Source: Candidatus Eremiobacteria bacterium (GTDB taxonomy: Bacteria > Vulcanimicrobiota > Vulcanimicrobiia > Vulcanimicrobiales > Vulcanimicrobiaceae). Taken from it: a stretch of DNA of 64,000 bases. This document shows positions 21,837 to 30,940 of the stretch, one piece after another; position 1 is the stretch's first letter; each line of letters starts with the position of its first letter. The notes under the pieces are model-generated. The model saw only the letters and a program-made list of their open reading frames with translations, was not told the origin of the DNA and ran no database searches. The stretch lies in contig CAVWUU010000004.1 of assembly GCA_963758295.1 (NCBI GenBank), positions 736,001 to 800,000 of the forward strand, given 5' to 3'. The position numbers and the translations under genes were made by a program.

Positions 21837-22403
21837 CTAAAAATCCGTGGAGCGAATCCAGATCTCAAAGGCACGATCGATGCGCTCCCGCTCGCGCGTC
21901 GCGCACAAATCCATCACTAATCCGCGAAAGCCGGCAAGAATCACGGTAGCATACGCATATGCGTCTTCTTGCGTGACGCCCGCTTCTAGGTAGGGATGGG
22001 CCAGGAAATCGAGCCAGTCCTTAACGGCCCCCTGCAAAAAGTTTCCGAAGCGTTTGCGATCCTGAAGCGCCATGCCGAAGACTTCGAAGAAAAACCGGAA
22101 CAACGCTTCGTTTTTCGGATCCCGAACGATGTGCCACACCGCGCGGCACGCCTCGGCCGGCGTTTCGAAATTCGCTTCGCGCAATCGTGCAAAACCGGCG
22201 AATTGCCGCGACCGCACGCCGGCGAGAATCTCTTCGATTAACGCCTCTTTCGATTTGAAGTAATACAGCAAAACGCGCGGGCTTATACCGACCGCCGCGC
22301 CCAACGGGCGTAACGACAAATCGGCAAGGCCATTGGCGAAGGCATAGTCCACGATCGAATCGAGGAGCTCGGCCCGCCGCTGCGCGTCAGCGGTACGGGT
22401 CAT
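21837..22403 (-). CDS. TetR-family transcriptional regulator
   Basis: SLRPLGAAVGISPRVLLYYFKSKEAL HTH. Confidence 0.93.
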   Translation of the reverse strand: MTRTADAQRRAELLDSIVDYAFANGLADLSLRPLGAAVGISPRVLLYYFKSKEALIEEILAGVRSRQFAGFARLREANFETPAEACRAVWHIVRDPKNEALFRFFFEVFGMALQDRKRFGNFLQGAVKDWLDFLAHPYLEAGVTQEDAYAYATVILAGFRGLVMDLCATRERERIDRAFEIWIRSTDF

Positions 22404-22409
22404 GCCTGC

Positions 22410-22438
22410 AGTCTACCAAATTGAAACAGTCGTTTCAA
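22410..22438 (-). promoter_or_regulatory. Sigma70 promoter (TTGAAA-N17-TAGACT) overlapped by palindromic TetR operator
   Basis: TTGAAAC-AGTC-GTTTCAA at 22421-22438; -10 box 6 nt before the tetR ATG. Confidence 0.75.
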
Positions 22439-22496
22439 GTATGTTTTAGCGACTTGAGCTTTCCCAGCCGGTCCCGAAGCGACTCATCGAAAAACG

Positions 22497-23012
22497 CTAC
22501 GTTTGCGACACGGGCAGGGGAGCGCGATCTAAAGCTTCATACTTTCGGTACACCGTGTAATAGGTCGTCGCGACGATCGCAATAGCGAAGACCAGCACGC
22601 CGTCTCCGACTACCGTCCCCAGTGGACTGTTCGCAGGAACGATGAAACGAATCAAGGCGCGCACGGCGAATGCACCGAGATAAATTGCCGCCGTCGCCCA
22701 CGAAGGGCCGAGTTGCATCACCCCATGACGGTCCGTTGCGCTGACCTGCATGTGATGGCCGCGTAACGTTCCGACGGGGATGCCGGCCGCAATTCCGAGC
22801 ATGACGGCGATTGCAATTTGCCATACCGGTGCCGGGAAGAGCCTCTCGGCCGAATAAATCGCGAAAGCGGCGACCAGCATAAGAATGCCGGCCATCACCC
22901 ACATGCGCGTTACACTAATACGCTGCGCCCGCGAAGAGCGAATTAATACCAAACCAACGATGACGATCCAAACAAGAAGCGTTCCGATAACATCCGATCC
23001 CGGTTGATTCAC
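22497..23012 (-). CDS. CcdC/DUF1453-like membrane protein
   Basis: Five hydrophobic segments, G.LRG motif. Confidence 0.65.
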   Translation of the reverse strand: MNQPGSDVIGTLLVWIVIVGLVLIRSSRAQRISVTRMWVMAGILMLVAAFAIYSAERLFPAPVWQIAIAVMLGIAAGIPVGTLRGHHMQVSATDRHGVMQLGPSWATAAIYLGAFAVRALIRFIVPANSPLGTVVGDGVLVFAIAIVATTYYTVYRKYEALDRAPLPVSQT

Positions 23013-23137
23013 GCATCCCTCCGCAGAAAAGTCCGTTCGATTTGCTCGTCACTTCTGTTGCGAGCGCGCCGGCGCCCGCAAGAAAACGGAAGCTCGCTCG
23101 AGTGGTTCGCAGCGATTACTACTCCGTGTACGCAAAT

Positions 23138-23164
23138 AAAAACGGGAGCGTTTTCACGCTCCCA
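23138..23164 (-). terminator. Terminator after rplL
   Basis: GGGAGCG/CGCTCCC stem with U-tract on the minus strand. Confidence 0.75.
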
Positions 23165-23186
23165 TTCATTTCGTCGAAACGAAGGA

Positions 23187-23558
23187 TTACTTGATCTCGA
23201 CCTTGGCGCCGGCTTCTTCGAGCTTCTTTTTGACGCTCTCGGCTTCGTCTTTGGTGACGCCTTCTTTGACGGCCTTGGGCGCGCTTTCAACGAACGCCTT
23301 GGCTTCGGTGAGGCCCAGGCTCGTGAGTTCGCGCACGGCCTTGATGACCTTGATCTTCTCCGCGCCCGCTTCCGCGAGGATCACGTCGAATTCGGTCTTC
23401 TCGGCAGCCGGAGCGGCTGCGCCGGCGGCCGGGCCGGCCATCATCGCAACCGGAGCGGCCGCGCTGACGCCGTACTTCTCTTCGAGCTGCTTGACGAGGT
23501 CCGCGAGCTCGAGAACGGTGAGTTTATCGATCTGGTCGATGAGTTCGGCAACTGCCAT
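23187..23558 (-). CDS. rplL: 50S ribosomal protein L7/L12
   Basis: [38 protein letters not shown]. Confidence 0.99.
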   Translation of the reverse strand: MAVAELIDQIDKLTVLELADLVKQLEEKYGVSAAAPVAMMAGPAAGAAAPAAEKTEFDVILAEAGAEKIKVIKAVRELTSLGLTEAKAFVESAPKAVKEGVTKDEAESVKKKLEEAGAKVEIK

Positions 23559-23576
23559 GATAATTCAGGATCTCCC

Positions 23577-24110
23577 TTAAGCGTTCGAACCCGCGGCATC
23601 TTTTTGCTCGCGGATCTGGTTGAGCACACGGACAAGGCCGCTCTGATTCCCCGAGAGCACGGTAACGAGACCGCGCAGGGGGCTTGCGAGCGAACCAACG
23701 AGTTTTGCAACGAGCTCGGATTTCGACGGCAACGACGCGAGGACGTTGACTTGCGCTGCATCGACGTACTTGCCGTCGACGTAGGCTGCCTTGATGCCGA
23801 GTTTCTTGCTGTCATCTGCGAACTTCTTAATCGCCTTCGCGGGAGCGACCGGATCGTTTCCAGCGAAAACGACACCGGTAGGACCGTGCAAATGCGATTC
23901 GAGCAACGCGGCGATGTCTTCGCCCGCTGCGCGTTTGAAAAGCGTGTTCTTGACGACTGCATACGTGCTGCCGTCTTTACGAAGCTCGCCGCGAAGTTTA
24001 GTAATCTCTTCGACGGAGAGGCCCGCAAAGTCGGTCAGGAACAAGTTTTGCGAACCGGCGAGCCGGTTGCGCAGTTCTTGTACCGCGGCTTCTTTACGTG
24101 CGGTTGGCAT
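23577..24110 (-). CDS. rplJ: 50S ribosomal protein L10
   Basis: VVKNTLF, LHGPT, LASLPSK. Confidence 0.98.
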   Translation of the reverse strand: MPTARKEAAVQELRNRLAGSQNLFLTDFAGLSVEEITKLRGELRKDGSTYAVVKNTLFKRAAGEDIAALLESHLHGPTGVVFAGNDPVAPAKAIKKFADDSKKLGIKAAYVDGKYVDAAQVNVLASLPSKSELVAKLVGSLASPLRGLVTVLSGNQSGLVRVLNQIREQKDAAGSNA

Positions 24111-24153
24111 GACGTTTAGTGTCGCTTTCGTTTACGAGTCCCTCAAGGGGACT

Positions 24154-24185
24154 AAAAAAGCGCTCCATCCGTCCGGAGGGCGCTT
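24154..24185 (-). terminator. Attenuator terminator in the rplJ leader
   Basis: AAGCGCCCTCC-GGAC-GGATGGAGCGC-TTTTTT on the minus strand, between the L10 motif and the rplJ start. Confidence 0.7.
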
Positions 24186-24239
24186 AAGAAGATCCAAACG
24201 TCGTTTGCCACTTGCGGGCAATGACGAAAATCTCTTATT

Positions 24240-24357
24240 TACGCACCTCGGTAGAGTTTATGCTGACGCTCCAACTCGTGCGGCTGCTGACGCGCTCGCA
24301 CAAACGGTGGCGAAGCTTAAGATTAAGTCCTGGCGGACCTCTACGGTCTTCGGAGCC
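24240..24357 (-). ncRNA. Ribosomal protein L10 leader (autoregulatory RNA)
   Basis: CCGAAGACCGTAGAGG...TTAA...CTCTACCGAGGTG, matching the L10-leader AAGAC.GUAG/CUAC.GAGG motif; own promoter TTGCGT-N18-TATTCT at 24394-24365. Confidence 0.8.
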
Positions 24358-24443
24358 GTCGCAGAGAATACCATAAGAGCGGGGTTCGACGCAAGGCCGA
24401 AAAGGGCCGAGGGCCTCGTTCTGCTGATGGCCAAGCGGGCATC

Positions 24444-25118
24444 ATGAGCTACGATCGCCGCACTTTCCTCGCTGGGGCAGGTCTCAGCCTCGCAACCTTA
24501 ACCGCCGCCGGCTTTCCCGTTGCCGGGGCGGCCGCCGAACCAAAAGGTCCCCTCGCGACGCTTCTTGACGGGAACGCCCGGTTCGTCGCCGACAAGGCCG
24601 CCTGTCCGCCCCTCACGGCCCGCCGCCTGGAGCTGGCGGAAGGCCAAAGCCCGTTCGCGATTATTCTCAGCTGCTCGGATTCGCGAGTCCCTGTCGAGAC
24701 GGTCTTCGATCAGATTCCCGGAAACATATTCGGCGTTCGACTCGCCGGAAATTTCGTCGACGACGCCGGCATGGGGTCGATCGAGTACTCAATCGCCGTT
24801 TTGAAATCGTCGCTAATCCTCGTGCTCGGTCATTCGCAATGCGGAGCCATAAAGGCCGCTCTCGAGTACGTAAAAAACGGAACGTCCCAACCCGGCAGCA
24901 TCCAAACGTTGGTGAAGGCTCTCGCTCCCGCAGCCAAGGCCACAAAGGGTTCACCAGGAGATTGGGCCACCAACGCCATCGAGCGCAACGTGCACGACAA
25001 TATGGCAGCGCTGACCGCGCGCTCGTCCATCGTTGCCGACGCAGTCAAAGCCGGATCGCTCAAGATCGCGGGCGGCGTCTACGATCTGCACTCCGGGAAG
25101 GTTTCGATCGTTCGTTAA
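24444..25118 (+). CDS. Beta-carbonic anhydrase with Tat signal peptide
   Basis: DRRTFL twin-arginine signal; CSDSR and HSQC zinc ligands. Confidence 0.93.
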   Translation: MSYDRRTFLAGAGLSLATLTAAGFPVAGAAAEPKGPLATLLDGNARFVADKAACPPLTARRLELAEGQSPFAIILSCSDSRVPVETVFDQIPGNIFGVRLAGNFVDDAGMGSIEYSIAVLKSSLILVLGHSQCGAIKAALEYVKNGTSQPGSIQTLVKALAPAAKATKGSPGDWATNAIERNVHDNMAALTARSSIVADAVKAGSLKIAGGVYDLHSGKVSIVR

Positions 25119-25127
25119 CCTGAATGT

Positions 25128-25718
25128 GTGCGGGTGCCCATCGAAACCAATTCCGACATGCAACGCCTGCTCGACGGCAATCAGCGGTTCGTCGAAGGCC
25201 GCTCGCTCCTTCATGAAATGACCGCTTTCGGCGTGGAAGTTGCTGCCGGGCAAAAGCCGTTCGCCGTCGTGCTCGGGTGTTCCGATTCACGCGTTCCGAT
25301 CGAAACAATCTTCGATCAGGAGCCCGGGAACGTGTTCGTCGTGCGCGTCGCGGGCAATCTTGTCAACGACGACGGCTTGGGGTCGATGGAATATTCCTTT
25401 GAAATGCTCAAGTCGACGCTGATCTTGGTGTTGGGACATTCGGGTTGCGGCGCAGTCGCTGCGGCGATGCAGCAGGTCAACGACGGCTCGGAATTTCGAG
25501 GGCACATCGCGCGCCTCGTTTCTTCTATCGCTCCCGCAGCCGTAGCGACGCGCGGAGCCGCGGATCACTATCGCGCGGCGGTGGAAGAGAATGTGCGGCG
25601 CAACGCATCGGCAATCACGGAACGCTCTCCGATGTTGGCAAAGGCCGTTCGTGAAGGCTGCCTCGCGATTGCGGGGGCCGTTTACGATTTAAGTACCGGC
25701 AGAGTTACGCCGGTCTAA
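25128..25718 (+). CDS. Beta-carbonic anhydrase (cytoplasmic)
   Basis: CSDSR, RVAGN, HSGC; no signal peptide. Confidence 0.93.
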   Translation: MRVPIETNSDMQRLLDGNQRFVEGRSLLHEMTAFGVEVAAGQKPFAVVLGCSDSRVPIETIFDQEPGNVFVVRVAGNLVNDDGLGSMEYSFEMLKSTLILVLGHSGCGAVAAAMQQVNDGSEFRGHIARLVSSIAPAAVATRGAADHYRAAVEENVRRNASAITERSPMLAKAVREGCLAIAGAVYDLSTGRVTPV

Positions 25719-25725
25719 GAGCACG

Positions 25726-26136
25726 TTACGGTCGAGGCAGCGTTGCGCCCATCGCCGTAGCGGCGCTGTCGGTGTCCTCAACGATCTGAAGGATTTTCTC
25801 GAGCCCGACAATTCTTAAAATGCGTCGGATCGGGCTATTCTGCGGGACGACGAGCGTGAAACGCGGTCCGAGCTCTTTAGAAGCGCGCACGAATACCGTG
25901 AGAATCGTCGAATCCAGATAGTTGCATGCGGTCAAATTGGCAGCGACCGCCGGTTCATGCTCCTGCGACGAAAGCTCGACAAGCATAGATTCGAGTTCTT
26001 GCGCGCACGCCAGATCCAAATCGCCGAAAACGTGGAGCACTTCCAAATCGTCGGAGTAGTCGCGCACGAAAACGTGCGTGGTTCCGCGATTCAAACGGGA
26101 CAACGTTTGTAAGGGGATGACCTTCGCTTCGTTCAT
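25726..26136 (-). CDS. STAS-domain anti-sigma-factor antagonist
   Basis: GDLD, YLDST phosphoacceptor loop, RRILRIVGL. Confidence 0.88.
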   Translation of the reverse strand: MNEAKVIPLQTLSRLNRGTTHVFVRDYSDDLEVLHVFGDLDLACAQELESMLVELSSQEHEPAVAANLTACNYLDSTILTVFVRASKELGPRFTLVVPQNSPIRRILRIVGLEKILQIVEDTDSAATAMGATLPRP

Positions 26137-26274
26137 GATGCGAGCTGCCTCCGGCTTTCAACGGTACCCTTCAACGCGATGACGTACAAGTTGTGATCCG
26201 CCTAAGGAATTGGCGCGTACAAAGCGGCATTCAGCCTTCCGTCATTGCGCGAGCGCTCGGGTTTCGAGGCGGGA

Positions 26275-26694
26275 TTACCGCGCCGCGAACGATCGCGCGG
26301 CGGCCATCAGCGCCGGCTGAATTTCAGCGAGCGGCTCAGTCCGCAACATAATGGCCGGAACCCGATCACCCAAATGCGGATTGCTCCCCTGGAACCAAGC
26401 GCGCGCAACGTTCGGATCCGCTGCGTTTGCGACCATCTGCGCTAACTGCAGCGTGAAACGCAGCACGTGAGGCCGTTGGGGCTCGCGCCCGGCCATCCAT
26501 TGCGCCACGGCGCGCGTTTCGCTTACATTGCCTATGGCAGCGACGGTGCCGGCACCTAGAATGTCGACCAGTTCCTGGACGACCCGATCCATCGGAATCG
26601 ACATTGCGTGATCGTGGGCCTCAAAATCACCCCGCTCGCCGCGTGGGCCGAGCGGACGGTCGCCGTTGCTTTCGTTAACTTCTTTCTTGAACAT
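26275..26694 (-). CDS. Xre/MbcA/ParS-like antitoxin or regulator
   Basis: HTH-like segment (AAIGNVSETRAVAQW) plus ARAWFQGSNPHLGDRVPAIMLR C-terminal motif. Confidence 0.7.
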   Translation of the reverse strand: MFKKEVNESNGDRPLGPRGERGDFEAHDHAMSIPMDRVVQELVDILGAGTVAAIGNVSETRAVAQWMAGREPQRPHVLRFTLQLAQMVANAADPNVARAWFQGSNPHLGDRVPAIMLRTEPLAEIQPALMAAARSFAAR

Positions 26695-26797
26695 ATCCCA
26701 GCCTAAATCACAGGTTAAATCCCTGATCATAATAAGGCTACAGCCGAAAAATCGCAAGCCTCCCGGGCCGTAAAGTTTATTCAGATCACTAAAGGCC

Positions 26798-26829
26798 AAG
26801 GCCCGGTCTCTTCTCTGAGACCGGGCCTT
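26798..26829 (-). terminator. Strong hairpin after the displaced rplA 3' end
   Basis: AAGGCCCGGTCTC-TTCTCT-GAGACCGGGCCTT, 13-bp perfect stem. Confidence 0.7.
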
Positions 26830-26859
26830 CGCCTTGCTAGCTAGCTGGGTGAGTGGGTC

Positions 26860-26901
26860 TTAAGCCGTCGTGCGGATCCGGTTCGGGTCGACCTTGACGC
26901 C
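26860..26901 (-). repeat. Duplicated, diverged 3' end of rplA (att-like direct repeat)
   Basis: 23-bp identity 26879-26901 = 27955-27977; reads [17 protein letters not shown] versus [17 protein letters not shown]. Confidence 0.9.
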
Positions 26902-26964
26902 CCCGGCACCTTTCGCATATCTTGTCCTGCTCTTGGTCGTAGTGGCCGCCGCCGCAATCAGCGG

Positions 26965-27831
26965 CTACATTACATCGTTCGCGCTCCGCCGAGACACCGG
27001 GGACGCCGGCGATTGCGTCGCCCTGACGTGCGCATCCCACTGCGACCGTTCGAATAGATAGTCCGGCTCCTGCTGCGCCCAGGCGACATTAGAGAATGTG
27101 CCATCGGATACGGCCGCAAAGGTTCCGATCAGGAAATGAAGCTGCACGAACGAGTGCCATGACGTGATCAAACCGCGTTCATCGAGCGATGCGGTGTCGA
27201 TCGTCGGATACGGCGTTCCCTGACCGTCGTCCTGATAGAGCCGCGATGCAAAGGTCGCCTTGCAAAGACGATTGTCGGTGCGCCGCACCCACATCTCGCG
27301 CACGTTGTAACGCTGCGGATCGTGCAGAGGCCGCAAGCGCAGGTGCGCAACGTCCCCGCAGCCCTCGAGTGATTCATTTGCCACGAGGCTGACGTCGTAG
27401 CTGATGGCGGACCGGACGGTCGCGATCGTTTTGATGCCCTGCGGATCCGGAGTGTCGAACGTAGGTAGCACGCCCTGCGGCGCACTTTCATTGCGATACG
27501 GCAGAAAGGCGTCCGGAATGAGGTAATGCCGTCCGATCTTCACGTCGCGCAGCGAAAACATCGTTCCGGCGGTCACGCGATTCCACGAACGCCGGTCCGC
27601 GCGGCGCTCCACGACGTCTTCCGTCAGCGTTCCGAGAACGCGTCCCCTTCGAGAACCGGTCTGATCCATCACGTAGGCGATGTAGGGCCTCTGCGGCAGC
27701 GATGAAAGCCACGCGGCCGCCGCGCGATACCGGTCGGCGGCCGCGAGATCCGTCGGCTGCGCTCGCACCACGCTCGGCAGACAGGACGCAGCGGCAAGCA
27801 GAACCACGGCAATTGTTTTCACGACACTCAT
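26965..27831 (-). CDS. Secreted hypothetical protein (beta-rich)
   Basis: Signal peptide; IKTIATV and HLRLRPL.DPQRYNVREMWV segments; lies between the two rplA 3' ends. Confidence 0.75.
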   Translation of the reverse strand: MSVVKTIAVVLLAAASCLPSVVRAQPTDLAAADRYRAAAAWLSSLPQRPYIAYVMDQTGSRRGRVLGTLTEDVVERRADRRSWNRVTAGTMFSLRDVKIGRHYLIPDAFLPYRNESAPQGVLPTFDTPDPQGIKTIATVRSAISYDVSLVANESLEGCGDVAHLRLRPLHDPQRYNVREMWVRRTDNRLCKATFASRLYQDDGQGTPYPTIDTASLDERGLITSWHSFVQLHFLIGTFAAVSDGTFSNVAWAQQEPDYLFERSQWDAHVRATQSPASPVSRRSANDVM

Positions 27832-27935
27832 ACGATGCCGGACTACTCGGTGTTTCGGCTTCGGAAACGAAAGCGGCCGGCTGCCATCAATGGCGCCGGC
27901 CGCTTTCAGTTCTGCCGATTTCGCGGCTGCCCGCT

Positions 27936-28637
27936 CTAGGCGGTGGTTTTCACGCGGTTCGGGTCGACCTTGACGCCAGGGCCCATCGTACTCGTGAAAG
28001 TTACGCTCTTGAGGTACGTTCCCTTCGCGGCCGCGGGCTTCGCGCGCACAATGGCGTCGAGCAGGGCGTTGACGTTCTCGAGCAGCTGATTCTCATCGAA
28101 GCCGGCCTTGCCGACGATCGTGTGAATGATGCCGGTCTTGTCGAGGCGATATTCGACCTTACCGGCTTTGATGTCGCGGATCGCGCCCGCGATATTCGCC
28201 GAAACGGTGCCGGCCTTCGGGTTCGGCATCTTCTGCGCGAGGATACGGCCGAGTTCCTTACCGACTTGCGCCATCATGTCCGGCGTTGCAACGGCAACGT
28301 CGAAGTCGGCGAAGCCGCCCTTGAGGCGGTCGATCAGATCTTGGTCGCCGACGATATCGGCGCCCGCTTCTTGCGCGGCCTTGGCGTTGTCGCCCTTGGC
28401 GAACGCAATGACGCGGACCGTACGTCCCGTGCCGTTCGGCAGCAGAACCGTACCGCGAACGTTCTGATCGCTCTTCTTCGGATCGACGCCGAGGCGCACG
28501 TGCACTTCGACGGTTTCGTTGAACTTCGCCGTGGCGTTCTTCTTGACGATCGAGATGGCTTCGGACGCCGAGTACAGCGTCTTCTTGTCGAAATTCGAAA
28601 CGAGGTTGCGGAAACGCTTACCGTGATGTTGCGGCAT
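27936..28637 (-). CDS. rplA: 50S ribosomal protein L1
   Basis: [32 protein letters not shown]. Confidence 0.99.
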   Translation of the reverse strand: MPQHHGKRFRNLVSNFDKKTLYSASEAISIVKKNATAKFNETVEVHVRLGVDPKKSDQNVRGTVLLPNGTGRTVRVIAFAKGDNAKAAQEAGADIVGDQDLIDRLKGGFADFDVAVATPDMMAQVGKELGRILAQKMPNPKAGTVSANIAGAIRDIKAGKVEYRLDKTGIIHTIVGKAGFDENQLLENVNALLDAIVRAKPAAAKGTYLKSVTFTSTMGPGVKVDPNRVKTTA

Positions 28638-29062
28638 TAGGCTTCCACCTCCACACCCATCGAACGCGCGGTGCCGGCGATGATTTTTTTCGCGGCATCG
28701 ATGTCGTTGGCGTTGATGTCGGGCATCTTCACCTTCGCGATCTCTTCGAGTTGCGAGTTCGTGAGTTTGCCGACTTTGTTGCGATTCGGTTCTTTGGAAC
28801 CCGAGTCGAGTTTCAAAGCCTGCTTGATCAGGAAAGACGCCGGCGGCGTCTTCGTGATGAACGTGAACGTGCGGTCTTCGAAAACGGTGATCTCGACCGG
28901 AATGATCATGCCGGCCTGCGAGGCAGTACGTTCGTTGTACTGCTTGCAGAAATCCATGATATTCAGGGAGTACGGTCCGAGAGCCGGACCGATCGGCGGC
29001 GCAGGCGTTGCCTTGCCGGCCGGAATTTGCAGGCCGATTTTGCCTACAACTTTCTTAGCCAT
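28637..29062 (-). CDS. rplK: 50S ribosomal protein L11
   Basis: [22 protein letters not shown]. Confidence 0.99.
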   Translation of the reverse strand: MAKKVVGKIGLQIPAGKATPAPPIGPALGPYSLNIMDFCKQYNERTASQAGMIIPVEITVFEDRTFTFITKTPPASFLIKQALKLDSGSKEPNRNKVGKLTNSQLEEIAKVKMPDINANDIDAAKKIIAGTARSMGVEVEA

Positions 29063-29288
29063 GGTTACTCCTTATTGAGGCGTCGCCGCGGGCGGCCAGC
29101 CTCTGCCCCTCAGCAATCTCGCACCCCGGGGTCACTGGTACGAGAATCTTGATTTACCGCCGCCGCAACTCGTCTTTGAAACGTCTGCAAGCGTGCAGCA
29201 TTTTCGTTCGTAGTTAGGCGCCGTCGGGTGAAGTGGACTATGGTCCACGAGCCCCGCGGCAACGACACTACGGACGAAAAGGCAAACG

Positions 29289-30020
29289 CTAGACCTTCTC
29301 CACCTGAAAGAACTCCAGCTCAACGGGCGTTTCGCGCCCGAAGATGGAGATGAGCGCGCGAAGGCGTTCTTTCTCGGGTTGGATTTCGTCGACGACACCG
29401 GTGAAGTCGAAGAACGGGCCCGACGTGACCTTGATGCGGTCGCCCTTCTTGAAGTCGATCTTGAGCTTCGGAGCTTCGATGCCCATCTGCTTGAGGATCG
29501 TCTTCACTTCTTTGTCTTGAAGCGGAACCGGTTTTTCACCCGGGCCCGGACTTCCGACGAATCCGGTGACGCCTTGCGTGTTGCGCACGACGTACCACGA
29601 TTGATCGTCCATGATCATCTCGACCAGGACGTAACCCGGGAAAACTTTCTTCGGCGTGATTTTGCGCTTGCCGTCTTTGAATTCTACTTCGTCTTCCATC
29701 GGGACAAGCACGCGGAAGATCTTGTCCTGCATGCCCATCGAATGGATGCGGCGTTCGAGATTCGCCTTCACTTTGTTCTCGTAACCCGAGTACGTGTGAA
29801 TGACGAACCAATTGCGGTTGTCTTTCTTGCCCTGGCGCGCAGCGCGCTCTTCCGGCTGCTCCGCCGTTTCCTCGGAAACCTCAGCAGCGTCGGAAACATC
29901 GAAGGCGCTCGCGAACGGTCCGCCGGACTGCGTCGAATCACCCGTGTCGATTTCACTCGTCGCAGGATCAACTTCGGTGTGCACGGCGCCGCCGTCGTAC
30001 TCGCGTTCGGATTCAGACAT
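29289..30020 (-). CDS. nusG: Transcription factor NusG with acidic N-terminal extension
   Basis: WFVIHTYSGYE, FPGYVLVEM, KOW motif, IFGRETPVEL. Confidence 0.98.
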   Translation of the reverse strand: MSESEREYDGGAVHTEVDPATSEIDTGDSTQSGGPFASAFDVSDAAEVSEETAEQPEERAARQGKKDNRNWFVIHTYSGYENKVKANLERRIHSMGMQDKIFRVLVPMEDEVEFKDGKRKITPKKVFPGYVLVEMIMDDQSWYVVRNTQGVTGFVGSPGPGEKPVPLQDKEVKTILKQMGIEAPKLKIDFKKGDRIKVTSGPFFDFTGVVDEIQPEKERLRALISIFGRETPVELEFFQVEKV

Positions 30021-30028
30021 AGATATCG

Positions 30029-30283
30029 TTAAACGTTCAACAAGTGGATCTGGCTGAAGAGCCAGCCGAAGAGTTGGTCGGCAGCGTACGTGAACAGGCC
30101 GATTCCAACCACGAGCACCACGGTAAGCACGGTCGCGCTAACCCACTCGTCGCGAGTCGGCCACGTAACGCGCTTGAGCTCGGTGATTACACCTTGCGCG
30201 AAGTTGTTGCCGCGCATGGACTGAGTCTGGCGCTGCGCCGTCGAGGCGCCTCGCGTCACCGCACTCTTCTTTTGCTCGTTCAC
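30029..30283 (-). CDS. secE: Preprotein translocase subunit SecE
   Basis: ELKRVTWPT plus TM helix; between tRNA-Trp and nusG. Confidence 0.95.
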   Translation of the reverse strand: MNEQKKSAVTRGASTAQRQTQSMRGNNFAQGVITELKRVTWPTRDEWVSATVLTVVLVVGIGLFTYAADQLFGWLFSQIHLLNV

Positions 30284-30313
30284 TTTGAAACGTGTCTCCC
30301 GGGAAATATGACT

Positions 30314-30389
30314 TGGCAGGGCGGACAGGACTCGAACCTGCAACCGGCGATTTTGGAGACCGCTACTCTACCAATTGAGCTACCGCCCT
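30314..30389 (-). tRNA. tRNA-Trp(CCA)
   Basis: 76-nt cloverleaf, anticodon loop CTCCAAA, encoded CCA end. Confidence 0.97.
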
Positions 30390-30420
30390 ACGCGTTCGGA
30401 GCGCCCTGCGGCGCCCCTAA

Positions 30421-30585
30421 TTATTTGGTCTCGCGGTGGGAACGGTGACACCGGCAGAAGCGGCAATACTTGCTAAGCTCCAACCGATCCGTCGTCTTCT
30501 GTTTATTTTTTTGAGTATTGTAGTTGCGTCGCTTGCACTCCGTGCACGCCATCACAACCATCACACGATTTTCTTTTTTTGCCAC
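30421..30585 (-). CDS. rpmG: 50S ribosomal protein L33 (zinc-binding C+ form), not in ORF track
   Basis: [22 protein letters not shown]...[20 protein letters not shown]. Confidence 0.97.
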   Translation of the reverse strand: MAKKENRVMVVMACTECKRRNYNTQKNKQKTTDRLELSKYCRFCRCHRSHRETK

Positions 30586-30847
30586 TTTTCAGTCTACCAC
30601 GAACATGAAATAAACGGACTCGGAGGTCCGTTCAGCAACCCATGCTACCACGGCCGCCCGCCTACATGCAACCCGCCCCGACAATTTCTCTCTCGCGACC
30701 TTTGTCGCCACTCTGCCCGGCCCGCTTGCACCCCAAAGCACACATAGTCACGACTGGAGCGAAAGTGCGCCCGGGGGAGGCTCGGCCGCCCGCGGCCTAC
30801 GCCTGGCCGGGCGCAAACAGTTGCGGCGCTTTCGCTCGGCAAATTCT

Positions 30848-30922
30848 TGCGCCCGGCCAGAATCGAACTGGCAACCTCGGCCTTAGGAGTGCCTTGCTCT
30901 ATCCAAATTGAGCTACGGGCGC
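30848..30922 (-). tRNA. tRNA-Arg(CCT)
   Basis: Cloverleaf with loop CTCCTAA and GTTCGA T-loop; weak anticodon stem; CCA not encoded. Confidence 0.85.
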
Positions 30923-30940
30923 ATGCCTGCAAGTGACCGC

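Noticed and set aside
20533..22403. Acquired tetracycline-resistance determinant
   Set aside because: Generic DHA1 transporter co-directional with a non-classical TetR; no mobility signs; substrate unknown
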